NCBI GenBank assembly: GCA_002269645.1
Contig: NIVC01002186.1
Span: 107,653-171,652 of the forward strand
Origin: Macrostomum lignano
Lineage: Eukaryota
Direction: 5' to 3'
Length of the DNA: 64,000 nucleotides
Positions 50,901 through 63,844 of this stretch are shown piece by piece. Both the position numbers and the translations under genes were made by a program. The notes below the pieces were generated by a model. That model was not told the DNA's origin, did not search any database, and saw only the letters and a program-made list of their open reading frames with translations. Within the stretch, counting starts at the first letter, position 1; the number at the start of each line of letters is the position of its first letter.

Positions 50901-53900
50901 GTGTGACTCGCCTATTGTCGTGCGTGCCCTGCGGCCTCTGGGTGGGCTAGATAATTCCAGATAAATTAATCATCTAATTAATTAATCAGCTAATGAATGA
51001 CCGAGACTAGCTAATGAATGACCGAGACTAGCTAATGAATGACCGAGACTAGCTAATGAATGACTGAGACTAGCTAATGAATGACCGAGACTAGCTAATG
51101 AATGACTGAGACTAGCTAATGAATGACTGAGACTAGCTAATGAATGACTGAGGCTAGCTAATGAATGACTGAGACTAGCTAATGAATGACTGAGACTAGC
51201 TAATGAATGACCGAGACTAGCTAATGAATGACTGAGACTAGCTAATGAATGACGAGACTAGCTAATGAATGACGAGACTAGCTAATGAATGACTGAGACT
51301 AGCTAATGAATGACCGAGACTAGCTAATGAATGACTGAGACTAGCTAATGAATGACTGAGACTAGCTAATGAATGACCGAGACTAGCTAATGAATGACCG
51401 AGACTAGCTAATGAATGACTGAGACTAGCTAATGAATGACTGAGACTAGCTAATGAATGACCGAGACTAGCTAATGAATGACCGAGACTAGCTAATGAAT
51501 GACTGAGACTAGCTAATGAATGACTGAGACTAGCTAATGAATGACCGAGACTAGCTAATGAATGACTGAGACTAGCTAATGAATGACCAGTACCTTTGAG
51601 CTAATGAATGAACAAGTCCTAATGATTGTAAATAAAACTTGACTGCAACAATCTTTTTTACAAAATCGCTTCAGAAGACGTTCGATTGCCGATCGAAGGG
51701 CCCGGGCAAGGACCAATTTGACAGCCTGATGATTATCGGCCGAAAGCAGTTCGAAATGGCCCTTGTAAGTGCCAGTTGTGCACCATTACTGTATTTAATC
51801 AGTCTCTTAGTTACTTACACGTACCTACGCCCACTCACTTCGCCTACGCTCGCTAATGTCTGCAATTGTCAAAGATTTTTTAGCCCAACAGTTATAGGGT
51901 GTAGCAATTAAAGAATGAACACGGTTACACGGCTCAAGAAAGTCATATCGAGCTCTGAAAAGAAAAAATATTGCAAGACCAAAATGTTTACAGAATGTTG
52001 CCAGTTATAGAATTTGAAGCATTTTGGCCTCTCTTATCTTCGGCCCTTAAATGTCCGAGTCGTAGAAAAAGCAGTGAGACGCTTGTTACTTAAGATTTCC
52101 CCCCCTCCCTAGAGATTTGCCCGCCCCCTTGAGATTTGCCCCCGCCCGAGATTTGTCCCCCTTGAGATTTGCTCCCTATGAGATTTGTCCTCTTCCCTAG
52201 AGATTTGCCTACTCGAGATTTGCCCCCCCCTTTGAGATTTGACCCCCCCCCCGAACTTTGCCCCCCTTGAGTTTGCCCCCAATGAGATTTGCCCCCTTGA
52301 GTTTTCCCCCCATTGAGATTTGCCCTCTCCACTTGAGATCACATTGAAATGCGCCTTCTCCCCTTGAGATTTGTCCTCTCCCCTTGAGATTTGCCCTCTC
52401 CACTTGAGATTTGTCTTCTCCCCTTGAGATTTGTCCTCTCCCCTTGAGATTTGTCCTCTCCCCTTGAGATTTGCCCTCTCCACTTGAGATTCGTCCTCTC
52501 CCCTTGAGATTTGTCCTCTTCCCCTGAGATTGCCTTCTCTTGAGACTCTCCTACTAAGATCCCCCAGGCAGCTTTCAGAATCCCCCATATCTATCGCCAT
52601 CCAGCCTTAGTTAGCTAGTCTTTTTGCGGATATTCTCGGGTTTGTTTGAAGCAATTTTCTTAGGGGATTTCTCCTGATCCTCATGGCCCAGAGCATAAGT
52701 GAGTGAGAAGTGGTTGGAGACTGACATCTCCTATAGCCTAGGTTGGAGTTATCGGATGGGGGAACATGATATATCCATTCTAGTTATCTTATATTACTTA
52801 CAGACCTATCTCATTTTGCTTGCTCATATATGCCGCTATATTTTGCCCTGGCTGTGCTATTTATAGAAACATGTTTGCAGCCGGGTGTGGCCACATGGGA
52901 CTGCTATGTGATGCATGATTCTATTCAGTTTGAAAGCCTCCTAATTATGTTTTGATAATTATTTAGCAAAACAAAATAATGGCGCAGTTAACGAATGAGA
53001 GACAGGAAGCTGTTGCTAGGGGCGCATAGCAGGAACGCTAGATATGGTTGCTAGGACCCTCTAGCAGAGGTATAACCAGGGTTACTAGTAGAAGCACCAG
53101 GGGTTGCTAGGGAAGGGACGCTATTAAAGATAAACCTGTAGTTGCTAGGGGCCAATTTCACTTGTTACGAGAGTATTATAAGCAATATGAACCCTCCCCA
53201 ATGCTATTTTCATTCCGTCCAGAAACTCCACCAGTCGGCAGCTGTTAGCGACCTGGTCGGCCGCGATCCCCAGCTAGCAACAGTTTACGACGTTCGCGAT
53301 GTCACCTCGGAGGCTTTCCCGACGCCGTGGACAGGCGAGGCTAACAATAGGGATCAGAACTCGCCGCCGCTGCTGCGCGTCTGCCCAGCTGCGTTCGGAT
53401 ACGGTTTCTGCGGCGGCACCGTTGACGGCTATGGCCTGTTTGACTATTTCACTATGGGCCGGCGCCAGTCTAGCGTATTGATTAACCTCATCAGGGATAT
53501 CATGGGTCCCGTGACACCGGCTGATCAGGCCTGTCACGGCACTAAACAGATCTGCATGAATGCGGGTCGGGTGCGTTTGTAGGGCCTTTGTTGCCTTTGT
53601 CGCGCCTTTCCTGCCCTTTTCTGCACCCCATCCCCCGCCTTCTCCTCTCTGCACCCCCAGCCCACGCCTTTTCCTACCCTTCTCTGCACACTCACCCCAC
53701 ATACTGCCATTCTCTGCACTCCCACCCCGTGCCTTTTCCTATCCTTCTCTGCACACTCACCCCACTTCTTATCCTGACCTGCCCTTCTCTGCACACCCAC
53801 CCCACGCTTTTTCCTGCCCTTCTCTACACCCAACCCCACGCCATTTTCCTGCCCTTCTCTGCACCCCCACCCCACGCCTTTTCCTACCCTTCTCTGCACA

Positions 53901-56900
53901 CCCATCCCACGCCTTTTCCTGCCCTTCTCTGCACCCCCACCCCACGCCTTTTCCTACCCTTCTCTGCACACCCATCCCACGCCTTTTCCTGCTCTTCTCT
54001 GCACCCCCACCCCACGCCTTTTCCTGCCCCTTCTGACTTCTCTGCACCCAGCCAACTTAGCCTTCTTATAACTCCACTCTCGCATTCGAGGACGAACTTC
54101 ATTCATAGCTCAAAGCTAAGAATGTGTTTTAATAAAAATTTCAGATAATGTGGTCGGATATTCCATTTATGTCGAACACTGTGCCAACGCAAATCATGCG
54201 AATTGGACAGTTGTTTATAACGGCACTGCCGGCAGAGATGACCACCATGTCGGGAAGGAGGCTAGTTGAGCATTTGAAACGGGTGAGTTAATAAATTATA
54301 TCGATTAAAATATTGGTATTTGGCATGGTAGATCCTATTCACGTTTTGTAATCTAATATTACGAGTATCTCATTGGTGTTTTTTGTTGCAGACTTCAGGA
54401 TTTCCAAAGAACGGAAAAGTCCAATTAAACGGCTTGTCCAATGGGTACTTCTTCTATGTTACCACCGAGCATGAGTACAATGTGAGCAATACAGTTATGA
54501 TGAAGCTATCGGAGATTAAGTTACGTTCGTATTATTGTGGACTGAGGATCTCAGGGATTAGGGATCGCGATCATGGGATTAGAGATCAGGGATATGAGAT
54601 TAGAAATCGGGGATCATGGGATTAGAGATCGGGGATCATCGGATTAGAGATCGGGGATCATGGGATTAGAGATCGGGGATCATGGGATTAGAGATCGGGG
54701 ATCATGGGATTAGAGATCTGGGATCATGGGATTAGGGATTAGGTTTTAAGCTCGGAATATTATAGACTGGGGATCCTAGAATTAGGGATCGGGATCCCAG
54801 GATTAGGAATCGGGATCCTAGGATTAGGGATCGGGATCCAGGATTAGGGATCGGGATCCTAGGATTAGGGATCGGGATCCCAGGATTAGGGATCGGGATC
54901 CTAGGATTAGGGATCGGGATCCCAGGATTAGGGATCGGGAGCCTAGGATTAGGGATCGGGATCCTAGGATTAGGGATCGGAATCCTAGGATTAAGGATCG
55001 GGATCTCAGGATTAGGGATTGGGATTCGGGATCCTAGGATTAGAGATCGGGAGCCTAGGATTAAGGATCGAGACCTAAGGATTAGGATTACTGTCTAGAC
55101 TTAGCACTCTTCGTGCCGCCTCGTAGGGCACATACTACGAAGCAGGCGCCACTCTGTACGGGCCCAACACGCTCGCCTACTACGCCTGGCACCTGGCCCG
55201 CCTCATGTCGCACCTGCTGGGGACCGGCAGTCAGCCGCCACTCCAGCTGCAGGCCAGCGACGCCAATTTAGACAAGTCGCAGCGCCTGGAGCAGATCGCC
55301 GGCCAGCCCAATACTGGCTACGATTTTGCCGGCCTGACTGCCAATTTTGGTGATCCGCTTAATGCCACTAGGCGGGCCTATGCTCCGGTGAGTACGCTTC
55401 GCTGGTTTACCTTTCACTCCGCCTGTCTGTCACACTTATGGTTAGTTCACTCTCACTCCGCCTGTCAGACTCGTGGTTAGTTCACTCTCACACCGCCTGT
55501 CACACTTATGGTTAGTTCACTCTCACACCGCCTGTCACACTTATGGTTAGTTCACTCTCACTCCGCCTGTCACACTTATGGTTAGTTCACTCTCACTCCG
55601 CCTGTCACACTTATGGTTAGTTCACTCTCACTCCGCCTGTCTGTCAAACTTATGGTTAGTTCACTCTCACTCTGCCTGTCAGACTCATGGTTAGTTCACT
55701 CTCACTCTGCCTGTCAGATTCATGGTTAGTTCACTCGCATGTCTTTCACACTCATGGTTAGTTCACTCTCACTCTGCCTGTCAGATTCATGGTTAGTTCA
55801 CTCTCACTCTGCCTGTCAGACTCATGGTTAGTTCACTCTCACTCTGCCTGTCACACTTATGGTTAGTTCCCTCTCACTCCGCCTGTCAGATTCATGGTTA
55901 GTTCACTCTCACTCCGCCTGTCTTTCACGCTCATGGTTAGTTCACTCTCACTCCGCCTGTCTTTCACACTCATGGTTAGTTCACTCTCACTCCGCCTGTC
56001 TTTCACACTCATGGTTAGTTCACTCTCACTCTGCCTGTCAGACACATGGTTAGTTCACTCTCACTCTGCCTGTCACACTCATGGTTAGTTTATTCTCACA
56101 CCGCCTGTCTGTCATACTTATGGTTAGTTCACTCTCACTCCGCCTGTCACACTTATGGTTAGTTCATTCTCACACCGCCTGTCACACTTATGGTTAGTTC
56201 CCTCTCACTCCGCCTGTCAGATTCATGGTTAGTTCACTCTCACTCCGCCTGTCTTTCACGCTCATGGTTAGTTCACTCTCACTCCGCCTGTCTTTCACAC
56301 TCATGGTTAGTTCACTCTCACTCCGCCTGTCTTTCACACTCATGGTTAGTTCACTCTCACTCTGCCTGTCACACTTATGGTTAGTTCACTCTCACTCCGC
56401 CTGTCTTTCACACTTATGGTTAGTTCACTCTCACTCTGCCTGTCAGACTCATGGTTAGTTCACTCTCACTCCGCCTGTCTTTCACACTCATGGTTAGTTC
56501 ACTCTCACTCCGCCTGTCTTTCACACTCATGGTTAGTTCACTCTCACTCCGCCTGTCTTTCACACTCATGGTTAGTTCACTCTCACTCTGCCTGTCTTTC
56601 ACACTCATGGTTAGTTCACTCTCACTCCGCCTGTCTTTCACACTCATGGTTAGTTCACTCTCACTCCGCCTGTCTTTCACACTCATGGTTAGTTCACTCT
56701 CACTCCGCCTGTCTTTCACACTCATCGTTAGTTCACTCTCACTCTGCCTGTCACACTTATGGTTAGTCCACTCTCACACCGCCTGTCTTTCACACTTATG
56801 GTTAGTTCCCTCTCACTCCGCCTGTCTGTCACACTGTCTATCACTCCCCCTCCTGTCGCACTTAGGGTGAGTCGGTGCAGCTGAGCTTCATCTCGTGCAA

Positions 56901-58594
56901 TCCGCGCAACTCTCTGGCTTTGCGCGGCCATTCATTTGTGCTGGTGGAGCGGTACAGCGAGCGGCTGCACCGTTGGATAGTTGCCAGCACAGACTCGGGC
57001 CTGTATACCAGGTTAGTTAGCGCTTTCTATTTACTGTTTAAAATCTTAATAGCTATAAACCTAAATAGACAATCGCTCCTCATCTAAATAGACAATCGGC
57101 CCTCACCTAAATAGACAATCGCTCCTCACCTAAATAGACAATCGCTCCTCACCTAAATAGAGAATCGCCCTCACCTAAATAGACAATAGCCCTCACCTAA
57201 GTAGACAATCGGCCCTCACCTAAATAGACAATCGGCCCTCATCTAAATAGACAATCGCCCTCATCTAAATAGACAATCGGCCCTCATCTAAATAGACAAT
57301 CACCCTCACGTAAACAGAGAATCGGCCCTCACCTAAACAGAGAATCACCCTCATCTTAAAAAGAGAATCGCCCTCACGTAAACAGAGAATCAGCCCTCAC
57401 CTAAACAGAGAATCACCCTCATCCTAAAAAGAGAATCGCCCTCACGTAAACAGAGAATCGGCCCTCACCTAAATAGACAATCGGCCCTCACCTAAATAGA
57501 CAATCGGCCCTCACCTAAATAGACAATCGGCCCTCACCTAAATAGACAATCGCCCCTCATTTAAATAGAAAATCGGCCCTCACCTAAATAGACAATCGCC
57601 CTCACGTAAACAGAGAATCAGCCCTCACCTAAACAGAGAATCACCCTCATCCTAAAAAGAGAATCGCCCTCACGTAAACAGAGAATCGGCCCTCATCTAA
57701 ATAGACAATCGCCCCTCACCTAAAAAGAGAATCGCCCTCACCCACCAAGCCAATCGCCCAAACACCGCCACTTCCAACTCGCAGATTCCGCTGGTATCCG
57801 CAAGCTTTCTTTCAAAGCGTTGCCAGGGTAACTTGGACCATTCCGGCCGGCCAGCAACCGGGCGACTATCGGATCCGGCACCAAGGCCACTGCCGGCCAC
57901 TCATGTCCGGAATGCTGGCCGCCGATGTCCGGCCATTCAGTGGAGTGTCCGGCCGCTTTCGCGTGCTTCCAGACGGACTTTGGCAGCCTGGTAGGTTAAA
58001 AATATTGGGCTTGAGTGACCGGGCTTGTGTGTTGTCACCACTACCACCATCTGCTCAGTGTGCTGCCACCATCTGCTCAGTGTGTTGCCACCGTCTGCTC
58101 AGTGTGCTGCCACCGTCTGCTCAGTGTGCTGCCATCGTCTGCTCAGTGTGCTGCCACCATCTGCTCAGTGTGCTGCCATCGTCTGCTCAGTGTGCTGCCA
58201 CCGTCTGCTCAGTGTGCTGCCACCGTCTGCTCAGTGTGCTGTCTGAGCAATGCAAGATACAAAACCTGTCTACCTGGCGGGGGGGGGTTCGTGATAAAGC
58301 AAATCAAATTTCACTTCCATTGGACGAAATCTGCTTAAATTAAACTGGCGTTCTACAATTTCGAAATTCAAGGCAGTTTCTGTTTCTCAATTCGTTTCAG
58401 GCAAATCCTTGATGGAGGAGCCTGGCTGGGCTCAGCGGGACTCAAATCTTCAGCTCAGCTTGAGCGTCAGTCCAGCAGCAGCAATGACCGCAGATGCAGC
58501 TTCAGCTCTCCGCTTCTGGCCGAGTCTGCTGCTGACAGGAACGAATTTCTGCTCCTGCATGCTGTTAAACTATTGCTTCAGCATTGGCTTATAG
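47904..58594 (+). CDS. ASAH2: Neutral/alkaline non-lysosomal ceramidase (ASAH2/CDase family); one -1 frameshift near 50834 as sequenced
   Basis: Exons 47904-48035, 48626-48766, 48861-49037, 49823-49950, 50632-50919, 51675-51764, 53223-53570, 54145-54282, 54392-54481, 55127-55387, 56866-57011, 57785-57990, 58401-58594. All GT-AG and phase-compatible once the frameshift is allowed (the 50919 donor is the least certain). Motifs: GAGLADVTGP, MGYAN..GLHTRLFSRAF, SATHTHAGPGG, WFPVHGTS, SGDNKG, GDVTPN, GPGKDQF, CPAAFGYGFCGGTVDG, PAEMTTMSGRRL, YEAGATLYGP, PGDYRIRH. Hydrophobic N-terminal signal peptide. Confidence 0.92.
50010..50600. repeat. ~53-bp intronic minisatellite
   Basis: Unit CAGCCAATAAAAATGCAGGCCCATCCGACCATTACYCCAACCCCTGCCCCCTC. 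Confidence 0.9.
50988..51590. repeat. 21-bp intronic minisatellite
   Basis: Unit GAGACTAGCTAATGAATGAC(C/T). Confidence 0.95.
52090..52560. repeat. Degenerate ~20-bp GAGATTTGYCCYC repeat
   Basis: Direct reading; intronic. Confidence 0.85.
53600..54030. repeat. C-rich ~36-bp intronic repeat
   Basis: CCCACGCCTTTTCCTRCCCTTCTCTGCAC-type units. Confidence 0.85.
54545..55090. repeat. 21-bp intronic repeat (GGGATCATGGGATTAGAGATC / GGGATCCTAGGATTAGGGATC)
   Basis: Direct reading. Confidence 0.88.
55410..56832. repeat. 35/39-bp intronic minisatellite
   Basis: Unit ATGGTTAGTTCACTCTCACTCYGCCTGTC(TTTC)ACACT(T/C). Confidence 0.93.
57058..57742. repeat. 23-24-bp CCTCACCTAAATAGACAATCG(G)C intronic repeat
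   Basis: Direct reading; shares its core with the 58895-59970 array. Confidence 0.9.
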
Positions 58595-58894
58595 TTAATA
58601 ACTGAAATGTATTACTCGTAGTAAACTAGCACTTTATCCAGAGTTGCCATGCAGAGTCTGGCTGTGAATCCCGTCTCGTTCTTGAATTTTTATAACAGAG
58701 ATTTTTCTAGCTCATAAATATCTTCATACCGCAAAGTATCTGCACTTTTCTAAACCGTCTTTGTCACTGCCGTGCCGTGTGCGCGCGACCCCTGTGAAAG
58801 GTTGGAAGCTTTCCTTTTATTCTAGCACTAAATTCGCAATATCTCGAGTTCGTTTTTCTTAGAAATGAGCTGGATTAGTATGCTCTCGAGAGAC

Positions 58895-59970
58895 TAAATA
58901 CTCGCCCCTCACCTAAACTGACTCGCCTCTCACCTAAATACTCGCCCCTCACCTAAATAGAGACTCGGCTCTCACCTAAATACTCTCCCCTCACCTAAAT
59001 AGAGACTCGCCTCTCACCTAAATAGAGACTGGCCCCTCACCTAAATTGACTCGCCTCTCACCTCAAAACTCGCCCCTCACTTAAATAGAGACTCGCCCCT
59101 CACCTAAATTGACTCGCCTCTCACCTCAAAACTCGCCCCTCACCTAAATAGAGACTCGCCCCTCACCTAAATAGAGACTCGGCTCTCACCTAAATAGAGA
59201 CTCGCCTCTCACCTAAATAAAGACTGGCCCCTCACTTAAATTGACTCGCCTCTCACCTCAATACTCGCCCCACACCTAAATACTCGCCTCTCACCTAAAT
59301 AAAGACTGGCCCCTCACCTAAATTGACTCGCCCCTCACCTAAATACTCGCCCCACACCTAAATACTCGCCTCTCACCTAAATACTCGCCCCACACCTAAA
59401 TACTCGCCTCTCACCTAAATACTCGCCCCTCACCTAAATACTCGCCTCTCACCTAAATACTCGCCCCTCACCTAAATACTCGCCCCTCACCTAAATAGAG
59501 ACTCGCCTCTCACCTAAATAGAGACTCGCCCCTCACCTAAATAGAGACTCGCCCCTCACCTAAATACTCGCCCCTCACCTAAATAGAGACTCGCCCCTCA
59601 CCTAAATACTCGCCCCTCACCTAAATAGAGACTCGCCCCTCACCTAAATAGAGACTCGGCCCTCACCTAAATACTCGCCCCTCACCTAAATACTCGCCTC
59701 TCACCTAAATAGAGACTCGCCTCTCACCTAAATAGAGACTCGTCCCTCACCTAAATAGAGACTCACCCCTCACCTAAATAGAGACTCACCCCTCACCTAA
59801 ATAGAGACTCGCCCCTCACCTAAATACTCGCCCCTCACCTAAATAGAGACTCGCCCCTCACCTAAATACTCGCCCCTCACCTAAATAGAGACTCGCCCCT
59901 CACCTAAATACTCGCCCCTCACCTAAATAGAGACTCGGCCCTCACCTAAATACTCGCCCCTCACCTAAAT
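58895..59970. repeat. 19/23-bp CTCGCCCCTCACCTAAATA(GAGA) repeat downstream of the ceramidase stop
   Basis: Direct reading. Confidence 0.92.
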
Positions 59971-61671
59971 CGTTTTTTAAGAAAATCGAGTTGTAGCGAC
60001 CTTCTACTACAATTTTCCGTGATTTCTTGTTTAGCAAAAGTTTTTGCTTCAAGTGCAGGCAAAGGCCGGCAAGCATGCAAGCAAAGAAATAGACGCTATA
60101 TTGACAAGTTGGAGGTGAAAGTGAAACTTTGAAATAATGACAAATTTTCACGATCTGGGAGTTATAATTGCTAAATTAGTCTAATTAGCTCTAACTCAGG
60201 TATTAACTCGATATTAGATGAATATTTGCATAATTAATTAGTTGCTTTGCTGAGCTTCCGTCTTTACTTAATAATTAAACTGCGATCTGACCCTTTGTCT
60301 GTTTAGTGATTAATTCGTGTTCAATTATTATTAATCTGGCTGTATGATTTTTGTTGGCAGCCATTTGCTTGCTATTAATCTTGTTAGTGCTTTCAACAAC
60401 CTGTTTTTTTCTACGTTTCTCCCCTTTAATCCGGTCCCCGTGAAGAAATCATCCATTTCGGCTCTTTGTTTAATCAGGTGAGAAAACTGCCATGCAATCT
60501 GCATTATTTATTACCAGCTGATTGAATTAATTTTATTCCTATTCGATACAGTTTGTATTATTATGTATTTAATCAGTCAGGACTTTCTACTTGCAGTAGC
60601 CTGAAATCTTAATCGGATTAATATTTGACTCATAATTGGCCTATTGATTGCAATTCAAAACGCAAATATTGTTGACGCAAATATTTGCTGATCGAAGTAA
60701 TTAATCATTTCTTAAATCATTGATTATAAAGACGTGTAATTCTTTTCTACACACTGTAACACTTGTCTATGATAAATAATGAATCCTGTTTATCAATTAA
60801 CCGTTATTTTCTTCGTTACTCTTGTTTACGGCTGCTTTTACAAATTACAGTTCTACCGCTACTAAGCTTCGTCTGTATTTGCGTTCCACAGAACAGGAGT
60901 TCAATAAAATAGTCCTAACATGATCTTATAACTTTCAATTTCTCTATCGATGTTTTGTTAGTTTCCAAAGTGTCACGTGACACTTATAGTAGCTAGTTTG
61001 AAATGGACGATTAAATGCATACATTTTAGTGCATTTACAGTATGAAACCATTTTTATATATTTAGCGCCGCATTAGTAAGCTGTACTAATCGCGTGTCTT
61101 TGACTCCTAACGTGTTTGATGGGTGCTTTGATTGTTATATATTTAATTATTACTGTTATATGACCTACTAATTTCTCTGTTCACAGTTATTAAAAGTGCA
61201 TTCGGTTGATGCTAATTTACAGTTTAGTGTCCAGCTACATAATTTACACACGGTTTCCGTTTTGTTAAAATAATTTTCCTAAAAGGGGCTTACTGACACT
61301 AGCATGTACCGTACACATGCGATGTACATGTATACATTTGTACAGTGTACCTAGTATTTTTATATGTACAAACACGGCTAGTTATAAACTCGATAGCATA
61401 TATGATTAAGTTGATAAAAATGAAGTAAATCTTTTTATATCTATGTCTATGTCTATTGCATTTGTCATGCTACATTGAGTTAGAAAACGAACATACGTAA
61501 GTTGAAATCATGTGCAATAATAAAGATGTACTAGTACATGCAGTTAGGTCATAGATAACAGGAAAATTTCTGACTGTGAAACTCCGACTGAGAGACAATG
61601 AAACCTAAAACCTAAAACTGGACATCTAACACGGCACTCCAAGACAATTTTCGAGAGAAGCGAGAGCTATC

Positions 61672-61706
61672 CATGGAGGAAAGAATATATAATTCTTCCC
61701 TCCATG
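61672..61706. mobile_element. 35-bp palindromic micro-insertion with an 8-bp TSD
   Basis: CATGGAGGAAAGAAT-ATATA-ATTCTTCCCTCCATG (14/15 stem) flanked by GAGCTATC at 61664-61671 and 61707-61714. Confidence 0.75.
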
Positions 61707-63228
61707 GAGCTATCCCTTGATCAACCAAAAAGTCTCTCAATTATTGCTTTTGGGCAGTGTCTAAATTTTTAAGATGAATACTGTATTACATGCTATTGGT
61801 TATTGCATTTAATATAATATTTTAATTCCAGTAGGCACTCAATGAAAATTACAGCAAAAGGCCACAAGCGTAAAAACGCACCACATAGTTTCAGTATTAT
61901 AGTTTTATTTTAATTTTTTTCAAAAACATAGCAACATGTTATTTTTACACTTGTTCTGATAGTAATAGCCAATAAACTAAACTTATTTTCTGAGCAACGT
62001 TGTAACTTGTTTTACTTTAATGCAAGAATTCGTAATTTATGAATTGACCAATAAGAATCTACCATGTGTAATTATCGTCACGTATCGTATAAGTTCGCGT
62101 TTAAATTTTCGAGTCACATCTCTGTTTTTCTATACCGAGTCTCAAAAATTAATTCCCTTTTCCTGAATTCACGAACCGTGTGCTACTGTGTTATGAAGGC
62201 TGCCTTTGCATTTCTTTGTGGTAAGTGAGGGTTCACTTTTTTAAGTTAAAGTAAAGCTAAAACCGAAATTGAGTGGCTTAGCATCCGTGGACAAAATGTA
62301 TTGATTGTTTGCTAGCCTCTCGCCTAGTTTAGTACTTAGTAATAGTATGCAGAAGGCAGATAAAACTTGCCAATCAAAAGATCTGGAGCATGGTAAATAT
62401 GGCACATCCTGAAATACCAATTTTAGCTTTCTTATCTGAGCTGTCTTTACAAACTATTATTGATGAGCAAGCTGGAACAGTTTTAAAAGATGAATGGTCG
62501 CGCCCCCTCCCCTATCAGGTCTTCAAATTTATCAGAATTAGAACATTAATCCTAATTGTATATGCTGATCAACTTGTCATTGTTTACCATTTAGTAATGC
62601 CCTTTTAATAAAAGTGTTTGCTAGTTTTTTTTTACTTATTGTTATTATTCTACTTACAAAAAAGTCATGATTAGGGCCTACTATGTTAGTCGGTTTGTAA
62701 TTTTGAATAAATCATGAATAATTAATTGTTAGATCATGACAACATAAAAAGGCTTAACTTTAAGATCTTAGTTTCTTCAAAACACTAGTACTATAATAAT
62801 AATAATAATAAAACCAATTATGAATAAATATAGGCCAAATGAATAGATAGATTCCAGTTATTTTCGTGAAAAGTCATTTTGGTAATAGATATTCCTGGGA
62901 ACAATAGTCTAGACAAATAGTCATTTTGGTAACAAATTCTTTCTATGAAAGACACATTTCATTAGAAAAAAAATGAAAGATATGGTGAGTATATTTATTT
63001 AGTGTATGGAGGCACTTCATAACATCATAGGCCTACAATTTATATTTTGTACATATTTGAAAAATTCCATCAAAAGATTAATATATTTAAGAAAAAATCT
63101 AACTCAACTGATTATATTGCTTGTTTTTATGTATATTATTTTGATTTTTCCTAGAATATTTATAAACTATAAACATAGAAGACCTTTATCATAATATGTT
63201 GACCACAAAAATATAAGCATATATAAAT

Positions 63229-63844
63229 GGAAGTGCTTAGGCCTATCCCCATGGTCCCATGCTGATAATTCCAATTTTATCCACATGGATCTATGTCGAT
63301 AATTTCCAACTTATCCCCATGGCAGCTTATTGGAATAAAAAACCTTAAAATGAATCTGTTCAAAAATTGTCTTTGTTTTCACTGTTTTACAATGTAAAAA
63401 AATATGTTTCACAATCTAATTAAACTATATGCATTGAATACTAAATAGTATTGAGTACTTTGTTTAAACTTTTTGTCATTAAAAGGGTTAATTTTAAATA
63501 TTTGCTTAGCTACTGGCTTTACTTATAACAACAAATGACCCAAAGATCAAGGCAAATGAGACTTGCAAAATTTAACTTTCAATATATAATAATAATGATA
63601 ATATTACTAATAATAATGACAATCTTGATTTAATATCAGTACACAAAACTAAATACAAACAACTGCACAATCTTAGCTGTGGGGATAAGCTGAAAATTAT
63701 TGACACAGCCTATAGACTTGAATGATGGCAGCTATTTCAATAACTTCAATAAGCTGCCGTGGGGATAAGTTGAAAATTATTGACATGGATCTGTGTGGAT
63801 AAAATTGGAATTATTGGCATGGGACCGTGAGGATAAGCACTTCC
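63229..63844. mobile_element. Mutator/MULE-like non-autonomous element (616 bp)
   Basis: ~100-bp imperfect TIRs starting GGAAGTGCTTA; exact 9-bp direct repeat TATATAAAT at 63220-63228 and 63845-63853; a third subterminal unit near 63675-63705; no ORF. Confidence 0.85.

Noticed and set aside
54545-55090. Interstitial telomeric repeat
   Set aside because: TTAGGG occurs only singly within a 21-bp unit, never in tandem.
60000-63200. Short ORFs in the AT-rich 3' region
   Set aside because: 60-72 aa, AT-rich codons unlike host exons, no recognisable motif or exon chain.
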